DNA of 64,000 nucleotides from Sedimentisphaerales bacterium (GCA_963666285.1 OY762711.1), one strand, 5' to 3'; shown: positions 40,692-50,518, numbered from the stretch's first letter. Notes: a model not told the origin generated them from the letters alone. Numbers and translations: made by a program.

Positions 40692-41882
40692 TTATTTTTT
40701 ATGGTCGGAGAATTTAATGATGTTTGGTTTGGCGTCTGGCTTGGTATTATCCATTTCAATGAGATTGTTTTTCTGAGCCATTATTTTAAGATCGTTAATT
40801 ACTTTCACTGAATTTTCGATGCCTTGTATAAGCTGGAACGGAGCTACAGGAATGAAATCATCTTTGACGGCAGCAAGTTGAGCATCTTCCGGCGCCTCTC
40901 TAAAGTCGATAATGCCATCTTCAGTTTCAAATTCCCAGAACATATCGCAAGCGAGAAGGTTTTCGGGGGTAGACCATTCTGTGTCTACATAAAATAGTTG
41001 GAATAAGTCTTTGATCACTCTCGACTTTGACTGCATTGTGCTTTGAGATACTTTAAAGAAAGAGTAAATTTCTTTGTCTTCAATATATGGTTCGTAGTCA
41101 GGGTCAGACAGGAAGTTGATTGTGCCGATAGCGTGGATGATTCCAGCGGCCCAGCTTGCAGGTCTGCCTTTTTTGAACTCGCCAGGGAATTGGATAGCAA
41201 AAGAGATAAGCATTTCCAAAGACAGTATGCCTAAGGTTCCGACCTCGTATTTTAAAATAAACTTCAGCAGCAATGTATAAGCATTATCAAATTTAGACAG
41301 CAGTTCTTCGGGAATGTCGTTGATAGCTTCGAAGGTTAAATTTTCCGGTTTTTCATCAAAAAAATCATCATCAAAAATGTCATCGTCGTCGTCAAATTCA
41401 TCATCAAAGTCATGATGTGCAGGGCGTTTGGTGAAATCAGGGATTTTTACATTTTCGCAATCAGAGCAGATAAATTCTTTTTTGTGTACAGTATACGATT
41501 CCTGGCCAATTTTAATTCTTCTGCCGCATTTACTGCATAATGTTGGTTTGAATTCAGGCGGATTTTCCAGTATTTCAAAATTATATTCGTTGGTGCTGAA
41601 TTCAACGAATAACTCCATGTTATCTTTAAAATCTTCCAGGCATTGTTGGCATTCCTGCCATTTGCCGGTATGGCCGGAGTGGAAATGGTGCCCGCAGATT
41701 GTGTATTTAAAATGGTTTTGCATGCAGCTGTTATGTGAAAATGAAAACATTTCGTACTGGTCTAGATCGTCGCAGATCCAGTTATCACAGCAATCAGTTT
41801 TGGTAAGGTTTTTTGTGCTGCCGCAAAGTCCGCATTTTGGTCGGTTACGTTTTGATATTTTAGATTTGTCTCTTTTACGCAT
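40692..41882 (-). CDS. Cys-rich putative Zn-binding domain fused to a DUF6398-like domain
   Basis: CGLCG...CCDNWICDD, CxxC pairs, an acidic linker and WAAGIIHAIGTINFL.D. Confidence 0.7.
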   Translation of the reverse strand: MRKRDKSKISKRNRPKCGLCGSTKNLTKTDCCDNWICDDLDQYEMFSFSHNSCMQNHFKYTICGHHFHSGHTGKWQECQQCLEDFKDNMELFVEFSTNEYNFEILENPPEFKPTLCSKCGRRIKIGQESYTVHKKEFICSDCENVKIPDFTKRPAHHDFDDEFDDDDDIFDDDFFDEKPENLTFEAINDIPEELLSKFDNAYTLLLKFILKYEVGTLGILSLEMLISFAIQFPGEFKKGRPASWAAGIIHAIGTINFLSDPDYEPYIEDKEIYSFFKVSQSTMQSKSRVIKDLFQLFYVDTEWSTPENLLACDMFWEFETEDGIIDFREAPEDAQLAAVKDDFIPVAPFQLIQGIENSVKVINDLKIMAQKNNLIEMDNTKPDAKPNIIKFSDHKK

Positions 41883-41906
41883 GTTTAGATTCCCTTAATA
41901 ATCAGA

Positions 41907-42866
41907 TTATTCTTTATCTTTGTCTCTTACCATTAGTTCGAGTTCGATCTGTCGGCGGCGTATATCCTGGAGCAGTCGTCGGTTGATAGCGAGCAGGTCG
42001 GCGATGACGCCGACGATCAGCAGGAAGATCGAGCCGGCCAGGCAGGTAAGCGATACAACCAGGGTTGGTAGATGCTGGTCTTCGCTGCCTTTGCAGTAGT
42101 GCCAGCCGAACAGGGCGCCGAACAGGATGCTGAGGCCAAACGATACCAGTGCGAGCTTCATGAAGAGTTTATGCGGCGAATATATAACCGAAATACGCAG
42201 GATGGTTGACATCGAACGCTGGACGTAGTTTTTTATGCTCTTTACCAGCCGGGACGGTCGGAGGTCATCGTTGGTGCGGATAGGTACCGATTCGATGGCG
42301 ATACCCTGGCGGCCTGACTGGATGATGGTTTCGAGGGTGTAGGTGTACGGGTCGAAAACGTTGAGCTTGGCGGCCGCTGACCGGCTGATAGCACGGAAGC
42401 CGCTGGGGGCGTCTTTGACCTCGGTCTGCGATGCCTGGCGAACGACCCAGCTGCCCAGATGCTGGAGGAATTTCTTGATCGGCGAGAAATGCTCGGTTTG
42501 GGCGATTGGTCGGGCACCGATAACGAACTCGGCACGATGCGTGAGTATTGGTTCTACCAGTTTCGGGATATCGTCTGCGTTGTACTGGTTGTCGGCGTCG
42601 GTATTGACGATAATGTCGGCACCGAGCCGAAGGGCTGTTTCTATGCCGGTCATGAACCCGCGAGCGAGCCCGAGGTTGGTAGGATGGCGTACGATATGGT
42701 CGACTCCGCAGCGTTTTGCCACTTCTGCGGTCGCGTCGGTTGACCCGTCGTCGATAATGAGCCATTCGACCTTGTCTATGCCGGGAACTTCACGCGGCAG
42801 GAAAGACAGTGCGGTTTCAAGGGTTCCTTCTTCGTTATAACATGGGATTTGGATAATAAGTTTCAT
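41907..42866 (-). CDS. Glycosyltransferase family 2
   Basis: IQIPCYNEE, IDDGSTD, NTDADNQY and two C-terminal TM helices. Confidence 0.95.
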   Translation of the reverse strand: MKLIIQIPCYNEEGTLETALSFLPREVPGIDKVEWLIIDDGSTDATAEVAKRCGVDHIVRHPTNLGLARGFMTGIETALRLGADIIVNTDADNQYNADDIPKLVEPILTHRAEFVIGARPIAQTEHFSPIKKFLQHLGSWVVRQASQTEVKDAPSGFRAISRSAAAKLNVFDPYTYTLETIIQSGRQGIAIESVPIRTNDDLRPSRLVKSIKNYVQRSMSTILRISVIYSPHKLFMKLALVSFGLSILFGALFGWHYCKGSEDQHLPTLVVSLTCLAGSIFLLIVGVIADLLAINRRLLQDIRRRQIELELMVRDKDKE

Positions 42867-42957
42867 ATAAGCTGGTATTTGGTATTAGGTTTTAGTGTTA
42901 GTGGCGTAATCGCCTGTCGGCGAACCGAATTACAATATAATGCAACTTGAAAAAAGT

Positions 42958-44016
42958 CTATTCTTTTAATGGGATATTTTTATTTCTGGAAACTAAATTA
43001 TTTTGCGCAATAGCAATGGCTTTATGTAGTTTTTCCAGAATGAGTTTTTTGGGTGGTAGTGAAGTCATGTAGTCCGCAACTTTTATATTACTCTTGTGTA
43101 ATTGCAATAATTCGATATGTTCCGGATTTTTACCTGTACATAATATAAGTCCAATAGGAGAATTTTCGCCTTCAATTGTTTCATATTTTTCAAGCCATGC
43201 CAAGTATAGTTCCATTTCACCTTTAAAAGCAGCGTCAAATTCTCCGATTTTTAAGTCTATGGCGATTAATGATTTAAGTCGGCGGTGATAAAATAATAAG
43301 TCAATGTAATAGTCCCGGTCATCTATTGTGATTCTTTTTTGCCTGGCTAGAAAGGCAAAGTCAGAACCTAATTCTATTATAAATTTTTGTAATTCAGCGA
43401 TTATGGCAGATTCCAAATCTTTTTCCGAATATGTATCACGCAGTTCAAGAAAATCTAAAAAATACGGATCTCTAAAAACAAGATCAGGAGTAATTTGATG
43501 GTTATCTTTAAGTTGTTCCAAATCTTTTCTAATCGTATCTTCCGGTTTTTTACTTATGGCAGTTCTTTCATACAGCATCGAGTTAATTCGTTCTCTGAAT
43601 GTTCTGACGCTCCATTTTTCTTGTATACACATTTCAATATAAAAAGAACGTTTAAGCTGGTCTTCAATCGGGAGAATTGCCAGAAGGTGTGTCCAGCTTA
43701 AATGTCGTATCAGTGATACGACAATTTCCCTGTCTGGAAATATAGCGGAAAATTGTATCATACGTCTAAGGTTTTTTTCTGAAAAAGAGCTGCCATATTC
43801 TTTAGAAAGATGCTTTGCGAGAGATGATACAATTTGTTTGCCGTATTCTGCGCGTTTGTCTAATAATACTTCATCGTTAACTCTTTTACCAATTTGCCAG
43901 TAAAGCATTGTCATTGAAGTATTTATTGAAAGTGCTAAATTTTGCTTACACCTATTAATCAGTGTTTTGATGTCATTAAGTACTTCTAATTGTTTGTTAA
44001 TATTGTTACTCATCAA
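42958..44016 (-). CDS. DUF1016/YhcG PD-(D/E)XK nuclease family protein
   Basis: YWQIG, LSWTH, DPYFLDFL, ELGSDFAFLARQ and IDLK. Confidence 0.95.
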   Translation of the reverse strand: MMSNNINKQLEVLNDIKTLINRCKQNLALSINTSMTMLYWQIGKRVNDEVLLDKRAEYGKQIVSSLAKHLSKEYGSSFSEKNLRRMIQFSAIFPDREIVVSLIRHLSWTHLLAILPIEDQLKRSFYIEMCIQEKWSVRTFRERINSMLYERTAISKKPEDTIRKDLEQLKDNHQITPDLVFRDPYFLDFLELRDTYSEKDLESAIIAELQKFIIELGSDFAFLARQKRITIDDRDYYIDLLFYHRRLKSLIAIDLKIGEFDAAFKGEMELYLAWLEKYETIEGENSPIGLILCTGKNPEHIELLQLHKSNIKVADYMTSLPPKKLILEKLHKAIAIAQNNLVSRNKNIPLKE

Positions 44017-44235
44017 ATGTTATAGTGCAAGTATGTTTATAATAGTATGCAAGCCTAAAATTATCATTATATATTAACTAAAAATAGGATAAATGTAAAC
44101 TGGCGAGTTTTTGGTGTTGGTTGGGCCTACCGATGTAAGAGTTTGTGTAATAGATAATTAGGTTGTTTTTCGCTGAAAATGGAATATAATTTGAAATATA
44201 ATGTAACCAAGCTCGACTAAGGATGTGTAAAACAA

Positions 44236-45174
44236 ATGGATAACAATCCTCTTCCAAATCTGGACAGCAGCCCGGAGCTTCGCGAGAAGCTGCTAGCTGA
44301 ATGCCGACTTCGGCCAGGTGAAGTATGGGTATGTCCGGAGAGTAAGCATCGGGTAGGTTGCCTTGATGCGGCGGATAGCCACCAGGTGAGTGAACTAGCA
44401 GCCGGTAATAAGATATCCCTGGCAGTGCACGATCCGCCGTATAATCTGGTTGTTTTTGAAGAGCGCACAGTCGGGGAATTTATCGACTGGTGTAAAAAAT
44501 GGGTTGGTAATACTGTGGGGCATCTGGCAGTTGATGCCTCTGTTTATTTCTGGCTGGGTGCAGACCAGAACGATGGTTTTCAGCCGCTGCCGGAATTTAT
44601 GATTATGATGCGCGACTTTGCAGATCTGCAAAGTCGTTCTTTTATTACGATGCGAAATCAGCGAGGATACGGCACACAGAAAAACTGGATGGCAGTTCGT
44701 CAGGAGTGTTTGTATTATGTTAAGGGCGGCCCGGTTTTTAACGTGCAGTATACCGATATCCCGAAGGTGCTGAGGGGCTATTATAAAGAGGTCGGGGGTA
44801 ATGTTACCGAGAATATCGAGCGGAGCAAGTCGGAGAATATCCGGGCGAGCAATATCTGGATAGATATTCAGCAGGTGTTTTACCGTATGCAGGAGAATGT
44901 CAGCGGATGTTATGCGCAGAAGCCGCTGAAGGCTATCGAGCGGCTGGTATTGGCCAGCAGTAATGAAGGTGAGGTTGTGGCAGACTTTTTTGCGCATGCC
45001 GGGACGACTCTTATCGCGGCGGAAAAGCATGGGCGGCGGTGTATAACCTGCGATATCGACCCGATATACTGCGAGATGACGATACGGCGACTGGAGCATT
45101 ATCGCAAGACGGGTGAAGAAGGTTGGCAGAATGGGAATTGTTTCAATTTGGATGATATCCAAATTGAAAAGTGA
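44236..45174 (+). CDS. N4/N6 DNA methyltransferase, beta class
   Basis: DPPY precedes DFFAHAGTT; QKPLK..ERL. Confidence 0.9.
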   Translation: MDNNPLPNLDSSPELREKLLAECRLRPGEVWVCPESKHRVGCLDAADSHQVSELAAGNKISLAVHDPPYNLVVFEERTVGEFIDWCKKWVGNTVGHLAVDASVYFWLGADQNDGFQPLPEFMIMMRDFADLQSRSFITMRNQRGYGTQKNWMAVRQECLYYVKGGPVFNVQYTDIPKVLRGYYKEVGGNVTENIERSKSENIRASNIWIDIQQVFYRMQENVSGCYAQKPLKAIERLVLASSNEGEVVADFFAHAGTTLIAAEKHGRRCITCDIDPIYCEMTIRRLEHYRKTGEEGWQNGNCFNLDDIQIEK

Positions 45175-45202
45175 AGAACTCCTATGAGAAAAATGGTGAA
45201 AT

Positions 45203-46354
45203 ATGAGTGAAGAAATTATCAAACAGGACGTGGTAAATGATCAATTATTTGATCGAGTTGTATCTATTTTAGAGCAAGCCAGAGCTAATATAGTTCGCTC
45301 GGTTAATCATAATATGGTGATTGCTTATTGGCTAATTGGTCGAGAAATTGTGGAGGAGGTGCAAAAAGGTGAAAAACGGGCTGATTATGGCAAAAAAAAT
45401 GTGGCAAATTTGTCAAAACAGTTGAGCAATAAATACGGTAAAGGATTTTCTATAAGCAACTTAAAGTATTTTCGTCAATTTTTTATTGCTTTTCAGGATA
45501 GATTTCAAATTGGCCACCCGACGGGTGGCCAATTGAATGATATAGAAATCAGCTACCCAACGGGTGGCCAAATGTATGATGGAGCCTTAAATACAAAAGG
45601 TGTAAAAGGTTTTTCGCCTGAACTGTCATGGTCACATTATCGTGCTTTGATGAGGGTAACAAATATTGATGCTCGTGACTTTTATGAAAAAGAGGCTATT
45701 GAGTGTGGTTGGACTAAATTGCAATTGGAGAGGCAGATTCATACATCATATTATGAAAGAATTTTGAGTCATAAAGGAAAGAAAGGGCTGCTGCCGGTAA
45801 ATCGAGAAAGGTTAGCCGGAGAGCAGGCAAATGCTATTGATATAATCAAGTCACCATTTGTTCTTGAGTTTTTGGATTTACCTGATTCTCCATCGATGCG
45901 TGAAAATGATATTGAGCAATTGATAATAAACAATCTGCAATCATTTCTGTTGGAGTTAGGTAAAGGTTTTTCTTTTGTGGCTCGTCAGAAACATATTAGA
46001 TTTGACGATGATGATTTTTATCTGGATCTGGTATTCTATAATATCATTTTGAAATGTTATGTGTTGGTCGATCTAAAAATTGGAAGGCTAACTCATGCTG
46101 ATGTTGGACAAATGGATGGTTATGTAAGATTGTTTGAAGATAAGTTTAAGGTTGAAGGAAATAATCCAACTATTGGACTAATTCTGTGTTCGGATAAGAG
46201 TGAGACTGTGGCTAAGTATTCAGTCTTGAGTGAGTATAAACAAATCTTTGCATCGAAATATTTGAAGTATCTGCCGTCGGAAGAAGAACTGAAAAGAGAA
46301 GTTGAAAAAGGACTCAAATTGATTGAGAATTATAAAGCTGAAATAGAAGAATAA
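45203..46354 (+). CDS. DUF1016/YhcG PD-(D/E)XK nuclease family protein
   Basis: YWLIG, LSWSHY, ELGKGFSFVARQ, VDLK and GQMDGY. Confidence 0.95.
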   Translation: MSEEIIKQDVVNDQLFDRVVSILEQARANIVRSVNHNMVIAYWLIGREIVEEVQKGEKRADYGKKNVANLSKQLSNKYGKGFSISNLKYFRQFFIAFQDRFQIGHPTGGQLNDIEISYPTGGQMYDGALNTKGVKGFSPELSWSHYRALMRVTNIDARDFYEKEAIECGWTKLQLERQIHTSYYERILSHKGKKGLLPVNRERLAGEQANAIDIIKSPFVLEFLDLPDSPSMRENDIEQLIINNLQSFLLELGKGFSFVARQKHIRFDDDDFYLDLVFYNIILKCYVLVDLKIGRLTHADVGQMDGYVRLFEDKFKVEGNNPTIGLILCSDKSETVAKYSVLSEYKQIFASKYLKYLPSEEELKREVEKGLKLIENYKAEIEE

Positions 46355-46359
46355 TTTTT

Positions 46360-48243
46360 ATGTGTGGTATAGCAGGAATAATTAGTTTTGACGGTAGTCC
46401 GGTTGAGGTTGGAGATCTTGAGCGGATGGTGGAAGTTATTCGTCATCGCGGGCCGGACGAGAATGGGACATATGTATCGCCGGATGGTCGGTGCGGGCTG
46501 GGTCATGCGCGGTTGAGTATTATCGACCTGGCAGAAGGCCGTCAGCCGATGAGTAATGAGGATGGAACGATATGGATAAGTTATAATGGAGAGTGTTATA
46601 ACTTTGCCGAGTTGAGGAAGGAGCTGATCGCGGCGGGCCATGAGTTCAGGACAAATTGCGATACCGAGGTTGTGGTCCATTTGTATGAGCAGTATGGAGA
46701 TGATTTTGTTCGGCATATGCGTGGTATGTTTGCGGTAGCGATCTGGGATGAGAACAAGCGGGAACTGGTGCTGGCACGAGATCGGATGGGGCAGAAGCCA
46801 CTTTTTTTTACATATAATCAGGACAGATTGATTTTTGCCTCTGAGCTCAAGGCGATACTGGCTATCGATAAGCTAGCTGGAGGAATGCACAAGACGACCA
46901 TTGCTGAATATCTGCTTTATGGCTATATTGGCAGCACCTGGAGCGGTTTTAGTAGAATAATCAAGATACCACCGGCGGGCATAGAAAAATTCTCTATAGA
47001 TAGTTTTGATATGAGAAATAGAGATATCCGACCTCCATATTGGCATCTGCCGCAGGAACGCAAGTTCAAAGGCAGCTATGCCGAGGCGGTGCGGCAGGTT
47101 CGCGAGACTGTAACCGATGCTGTGCGGATGCGGATGATGAGCGATGTGCCGTTGGGCAGTTTTTTGTCGGGCGGGATAGACTCGACAATTATTACAGGAA
47201 TAATGAGTAAATTCAGCAAAGAGCCGGTAAAGACCTGCGGGATAGGTTTCGAGGAAGGGTTGTATAATGAGCTGGACTATAGCCGGGCGGCAGCGGAAGC
47301 TTTTGGCTGCGATCATGTCGAACATATCGTTAAGCCTGATTGTGCAGAAACGGTGCAAAAGCTGGTAGATTTTTATGATGAGCCGTTTGCCGACGCTTCG
47401 GCATTACCGACGTTTCATTTGTGCCGGTTGACGCGTGAGCGGGTGACGGTGGCTTTGAGCGGTGACGGCGGTGATGAATGTTTCGGCGGATATCGCCGTC
47501 ATAAGGGTATCCGGGCGGCGGCGATGGTGAGGCATAATGTTTTTCTGCGACTCATTGCCGGTATGAAATGCTGGCAGAAGATTGCCTCGGGTGAGCATCA
47601 CAGCAGGCTGCATTATTTAAAGCGATTTATGGCGGCTGCTTCCAAGCCTGTGCATGAATGTTATATAAACTGGCTGGGGATTTTTGAGACTGATATGCTG
47701 GCAGAGATTGTCAAAGATCCGCCGATGGATGTATTGGCTATGCCGGCGGAATGCTGTTTTGAGAGTGACTCGGATAAGGCATCGGCTGCGATGTATTTTG
47801 ATGGCATGCATTATCTGCCGGGCGATCTGAATACCAAGGTTGACCGGGCGAGCATGGCACACAGCCTGGAGGTTCGCAGCCCGTTTGAGGATCATAAGGT
47901 TGTCGAGCTGGCGTATAGTCTGCCGCCGCAATGGCTGGTGGGCGGCAAGAACGGTAAGAAGATATTGCGGGATGCATTTGCTGACATTCTGCCGCCAATG
48001 ATCAAGGAACGTGGCAAGATGGGTTTTGGCGTGCCGGTGGGTAAGTGGTTCAGGAGCGAACTTCGAGAGATGTATGCCGATGTAGTGCTTAGCGGATCGC
48101 TGGTAGATGATGGAATAATAAATGGTAAAACTGCCGAGAAGCTGATGGTAACAAATGACAGTCAGCAGGCTGACAATGGTGATAAGATGTGGGCTTTGCT
48201 TATGCTGCAGCTTTGGGCGGATAAGTGGACAAAAAATGCGTAG
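46360..48243 (+). CDS. asnB: Asparagine synthase (glutamine-hydrolysing) family amidotransferase
   Basis: MCGIAG, HRGPD, RLSIID, LSGGIDS and LSGDGGDE. Confidence 0.95.
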   Translation: MCGIAGIISFDGSPVEVGDLERMVEVIRHRGPDENGTYVSPDGRCGLGHARLSIIDLAEGRQPMSNEDGTIWISYNGECYNFAELRKELIAAGHEFRTNCDTEVVVHLYEQYGDDFVRHMRGMFAVAIWDENKRELVLARDRMGQKPLFFTYNQDRLIFASELKAILAIDKLAGGMHKTTIAEYLLYGYIGSTWSGFSRIIKIPPAGIEKFSIDSFDMRNRDIRPPYWHLPQERKFKGSYAEAVRQVRETVTDAVRMRMMSDVPLGSFLSGGIDSTIITGIMSKFSKEPVKTCGIGFEEGLYNELDYSRAAAEAFGCDHVEHIVKPDCAETVQKLVDFYDEPFADASALPTFHLCRLTRERVTVALSGDGGDECFGGYRRHKGIRAAAMVRHNVFLRLIAGMKCWQKIASGEHHSRLHYLKRFMAAASKPVHECYINWLGIFETDMLAEIVKDPPMDVLAMPAECCFESDSDKASAAMYFDGMHYLPGDLNTKVDRASMAHSLEVRSPFEDHKVVELAYSLPPQWLVGGKNGKKILRDAFADILPPMIKERGKMGFGVPVGKWFRSELREMYADVVLSGSLVDDGIINGKTAEKLMVTNDSQQADNGDKMWALLMLQLWADKWTKNA

Positions 48244-48282
48244 GAAACAAACTCCATAATATTATTGGAGCTTGTTGTCTGT

Positions 48283-49059
48283 TTATTTAGCTTTTTCGAC
48301 GGTGTGGATATCATCCTCAGACACTTCGCCAGTGAAATCTTTGATCTCATCCGGCAGGTATATACTGATATTGGAAAGATTTTGCGCTTTGACAGAGACA
48401 TTGCCGGACTCGATAGATAGGATATGTCCGCCGAAATCCAGGTTATCTGATAGAAAGTGCATATGATAGCCGGTGATATTGACACCCTGGAGGTATTCTG
48501 GGAACCTGAATCCGATGATCCTGCCGGTTGCATTTTCCTTTTTGAATACGCTTTGGTTTCGGGCAACTTCCTTTAATGACGGATATGGTTTGGTCTGGCC
48601 GGGCACGCTTCTGCAGGTTACATTTTGGAATTGACCGCTGATCAGGAAAACAGCCGGTTTGTTTGCTCTTGGCAGAATGCTATCGAGTTTGGTATAGAGG
48701 TTGTTGATTCCGCCGGTGAAAGAGTTGGTCGCAGTTGCCGGGCAGTTTATAAATGTGACGTTGGCAAATGGTGTGGTCTGGGAATTGCTTACATTGTATA
48801 TTTTGCCGTCGGCTCTGACCTGGTAGATATTTCCGTTGAGCATGACCATTTCGCCGTCGAGGGCGTGGAATGTTCCTATGCCGGTATCGCCGTGTTTTGT
48901 GAGTTCTGCAAAGGAGACAGTACCATCATAGCTGCCCTGCATAAGGGTTTGCAGAGTAGAAACCTGGTATAGTGTGTCTGTTTTAGCCTGTGGCTGCGAG
49001 CAGCCGGTGGCAATGAAAGCAATAAGTGCAGTGATCAGTATTCTATAAATGTTTTTCAT
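48283..49059 (-). CDS. budA: Alpha-acetolactate decarboxylase with a lipoprotein signal
   Basis: HGDTGIGTF..LDGE and GYHMHFLS....GGH; lipobox ATGC. Confidence 0.92.
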   Translation of the reverse strand: MKNIYRILITALIAFIATGCSQPQAKTDTLYQVSTLQTLMQGSYDGTVSFAELTKHGDTGIGTFHALDGEMVMLNGNIYQVRADGKIYNVSNSQTTPFANVTFINCPATATNSFTGGINNLYTKLDSILPRANKPAVFLISGQFQNVTCRSVPGQTKPYPSLKEVARNQSVFKKENATGRIIGFRFPEYLQGVNITGYHMHFLSDNLDFGGHILSIESGNVSVKAQNLSNISIYLPDEIKDFTGEVSEDDIHTVEKAK

Positions 49060-49089
49060 GATGAGTTTTATATCGTTTAAAGGTTAAAT

Positions 49090-49122
49090 AAAAAAGGGTC
49101 TTACAATATAGTAAGACCCTTT
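49090..49122 (-). terminator. Terminator after the aminotransferase gene
   Basis: AAGGGTCTTAC-AATATA-GTAAGACCCTT. Confidence 0.85.
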
Positions 49123-49143
49123 GAGTTCTAATGGAAGAAAAAA

Positions 49144-50319
49144 CTATCCGTTAATGAATTTTTCGATACGGTCGATACCTTTATCGATCTGCTCCATGCT
49201 GGTAGCGAAGCTCAGTCTGATATTTCTATCGCAGCCGAACCCGCCGCCGGGAACGCAGGCGACATTAGCTTCTTCGAGCAGTTTACCGCAGAATTCGACG
49301 CTGTCTTTTACGCCCAGTTTGCTGTAAGTGGCAGAGACATCCGGGAATACATAGAATGCCCCGGTTGGCTCGGCACAGGTAACACCTTCAATTGCGTTGA
49401 GGCGTTTGCAGATATGTTCGGCACGTTTAGCGAACTCAGCGTGCATTATTTTGATGTCAGCTTCGCCTTTCTGGATAGCGTCTATGGACGCAATCTGGCA
49501 GAAGGTAGCAGGTCCGGAGGTCATATGGCTCTGCATGCCGCCGATAGCCTTGGCAGCATCTTTCGGACCGGCGATATATCCGACGCGCCAGCCGGTCATC
49601 GAGTATGCCTTGCTTAGCCCGTTGACTGTCAGGGTCTGGTCGTATAGATCCGGGCAAACCTGTGCGAAGCTTTTGAATTCCATATCGCCGTAGATAAGCT
49701 CTTCGTAGATCTCATCGCTGAGTATTACAACATTTGTACCTTTGAGAACTTCGCCTAATGCCTTGATCTCATCTGCCGAGTAGCAGAAACCGCCCGGGTT
49801 GCTGGGCGAGTTAAAAATAAGCATGGCTGTTTTGTCAGTGATGGCAGCCTTGAGGATATCCGGTGTTAGTTTATAGTCATTTTCCGGCCTGGTCTCAACA
49901 ATCTTTGGTATGCCGCCGACCAGTTTAACCATTTCCGGGTAGCTGACCCAGTATGGAGTCGGAATAAGTACTTCTTCGCCCTGGTCAACAACAGCATGGA
50001 TGCCTTCATATACGGCATGTTTGGCACCACAGGTAACAACGATCTGTGCCGGTTCATATTCGAGGTTGTTATCGTCTTTAAGTTTTCGGGCAATTTCCTT
50101 ACGAAGTGTCATATCACCAGAGGCAGGTAAGTACTTGGTTTTTCCTGCTTTGAGTGCTTCGATCGCAATGTCTTTGATAAATTCCGGAGTGTCAAAATCC
50201 GGTTCGCCGGCACCGAAACTGACGACATCGATACCTTGAGCTTTCAGCTCCTTGGCTCGTGCGGTAACTGCCATAGTTACAGACGGTGAAACAGAAGCGG
50301 CATTTTTACTGATTTTCAT
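49144..50319 (-). CDS. aspC: PLP-dependent class I aminotransferase (aspartate aminotransferase-like)
   Basis: GEPDFDTP, NSPSNP, SDEIY and SKAYSMTGWRVG. Confidence 0.9.
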   Translation of the reverse strand: MKISKNAASVSPSVTMAVTARAKELKAQGIDVVSFGAGEPDFDTPEFIKDIAIEALKAGKTKYLPASGDMTLRKEIARKLKDDNNLEYEPAQIVVTCGAKHAVYEGIHAVVDQGEEVLIPTPYWVSYPEMVKLVGGIPKIVETRPENDYKLTPDILKAAITDKTAMLIFNSPSNPGGFCYSADEIKALGEVLKGTNVVILSDEIYEELIYGDMEFKSFAQVCPDLYDQTLTVNGLSKAYSMTGWRVGYIAGPKDAAKAIGGMQSHMTSGPATFCQIASIDAIQKGEADIKIMHAEFAKRAEHICKRLNAIEGVTCAEPTGAFYVFPDVSATYSKLGVKDSVEFCGKLLEEANVACVPGGGFGCDRNIRLSFATSMEQIDKGIDRIEKFING

Positions 50320-50401
50320 GACTTGGCCCCTTGTTGGTTTTGTAAATTGTTAACTGTCGATTTCAAAACAACTTAGCTGATTTTGCGTTCAGAACGAACA
50401 T

Positions 50402-50441
50402 AAAAAAAGCCGATGCAGCCGTTACGGGATGCTATCGGTTT
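50402..50441 (-). terminator. Leader terminator (attenuator) upstream of the aminotransferase
   Basis: CCGAUAGCA...UGCAUCGG stem followed by U7, between the promoter and the start codon. Confidence 0.65.
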
Positions 50442-50445
50442 AGTT

Positions 50446-50475
50446 TCAGCTTTTCAGTAACAAGTGAAACAGCAT
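50446..50475 (-). CDS. Putative leader peptide MLFHLLLKS
   Basis: 9-codon ORF with four Leu codons, between a consensus promoter and the leader terminator. Confidence 0.4.
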   Translation of the reverse strand: MLFHLLLKS

Positions 50476-50490
50476 TGTTACCAAAAGCAT

Positions 50491-50518
50491 ATTATAGAGT
50501 GTTCGACAGGTATGTCAA
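50491..50518 (-). promoter_or_regulatory. Consensus sigma70 promoter
   Basis: TTGACA-N16-TATAAT on the minus strand. Confidence 0.8.

Noticed and set aside
43808..43835. Third palindrome in DUF1016 gene 1 (IVSSLAKHL)
   Set aside because: The peptide looks similar but the DNA arms are not complementary.
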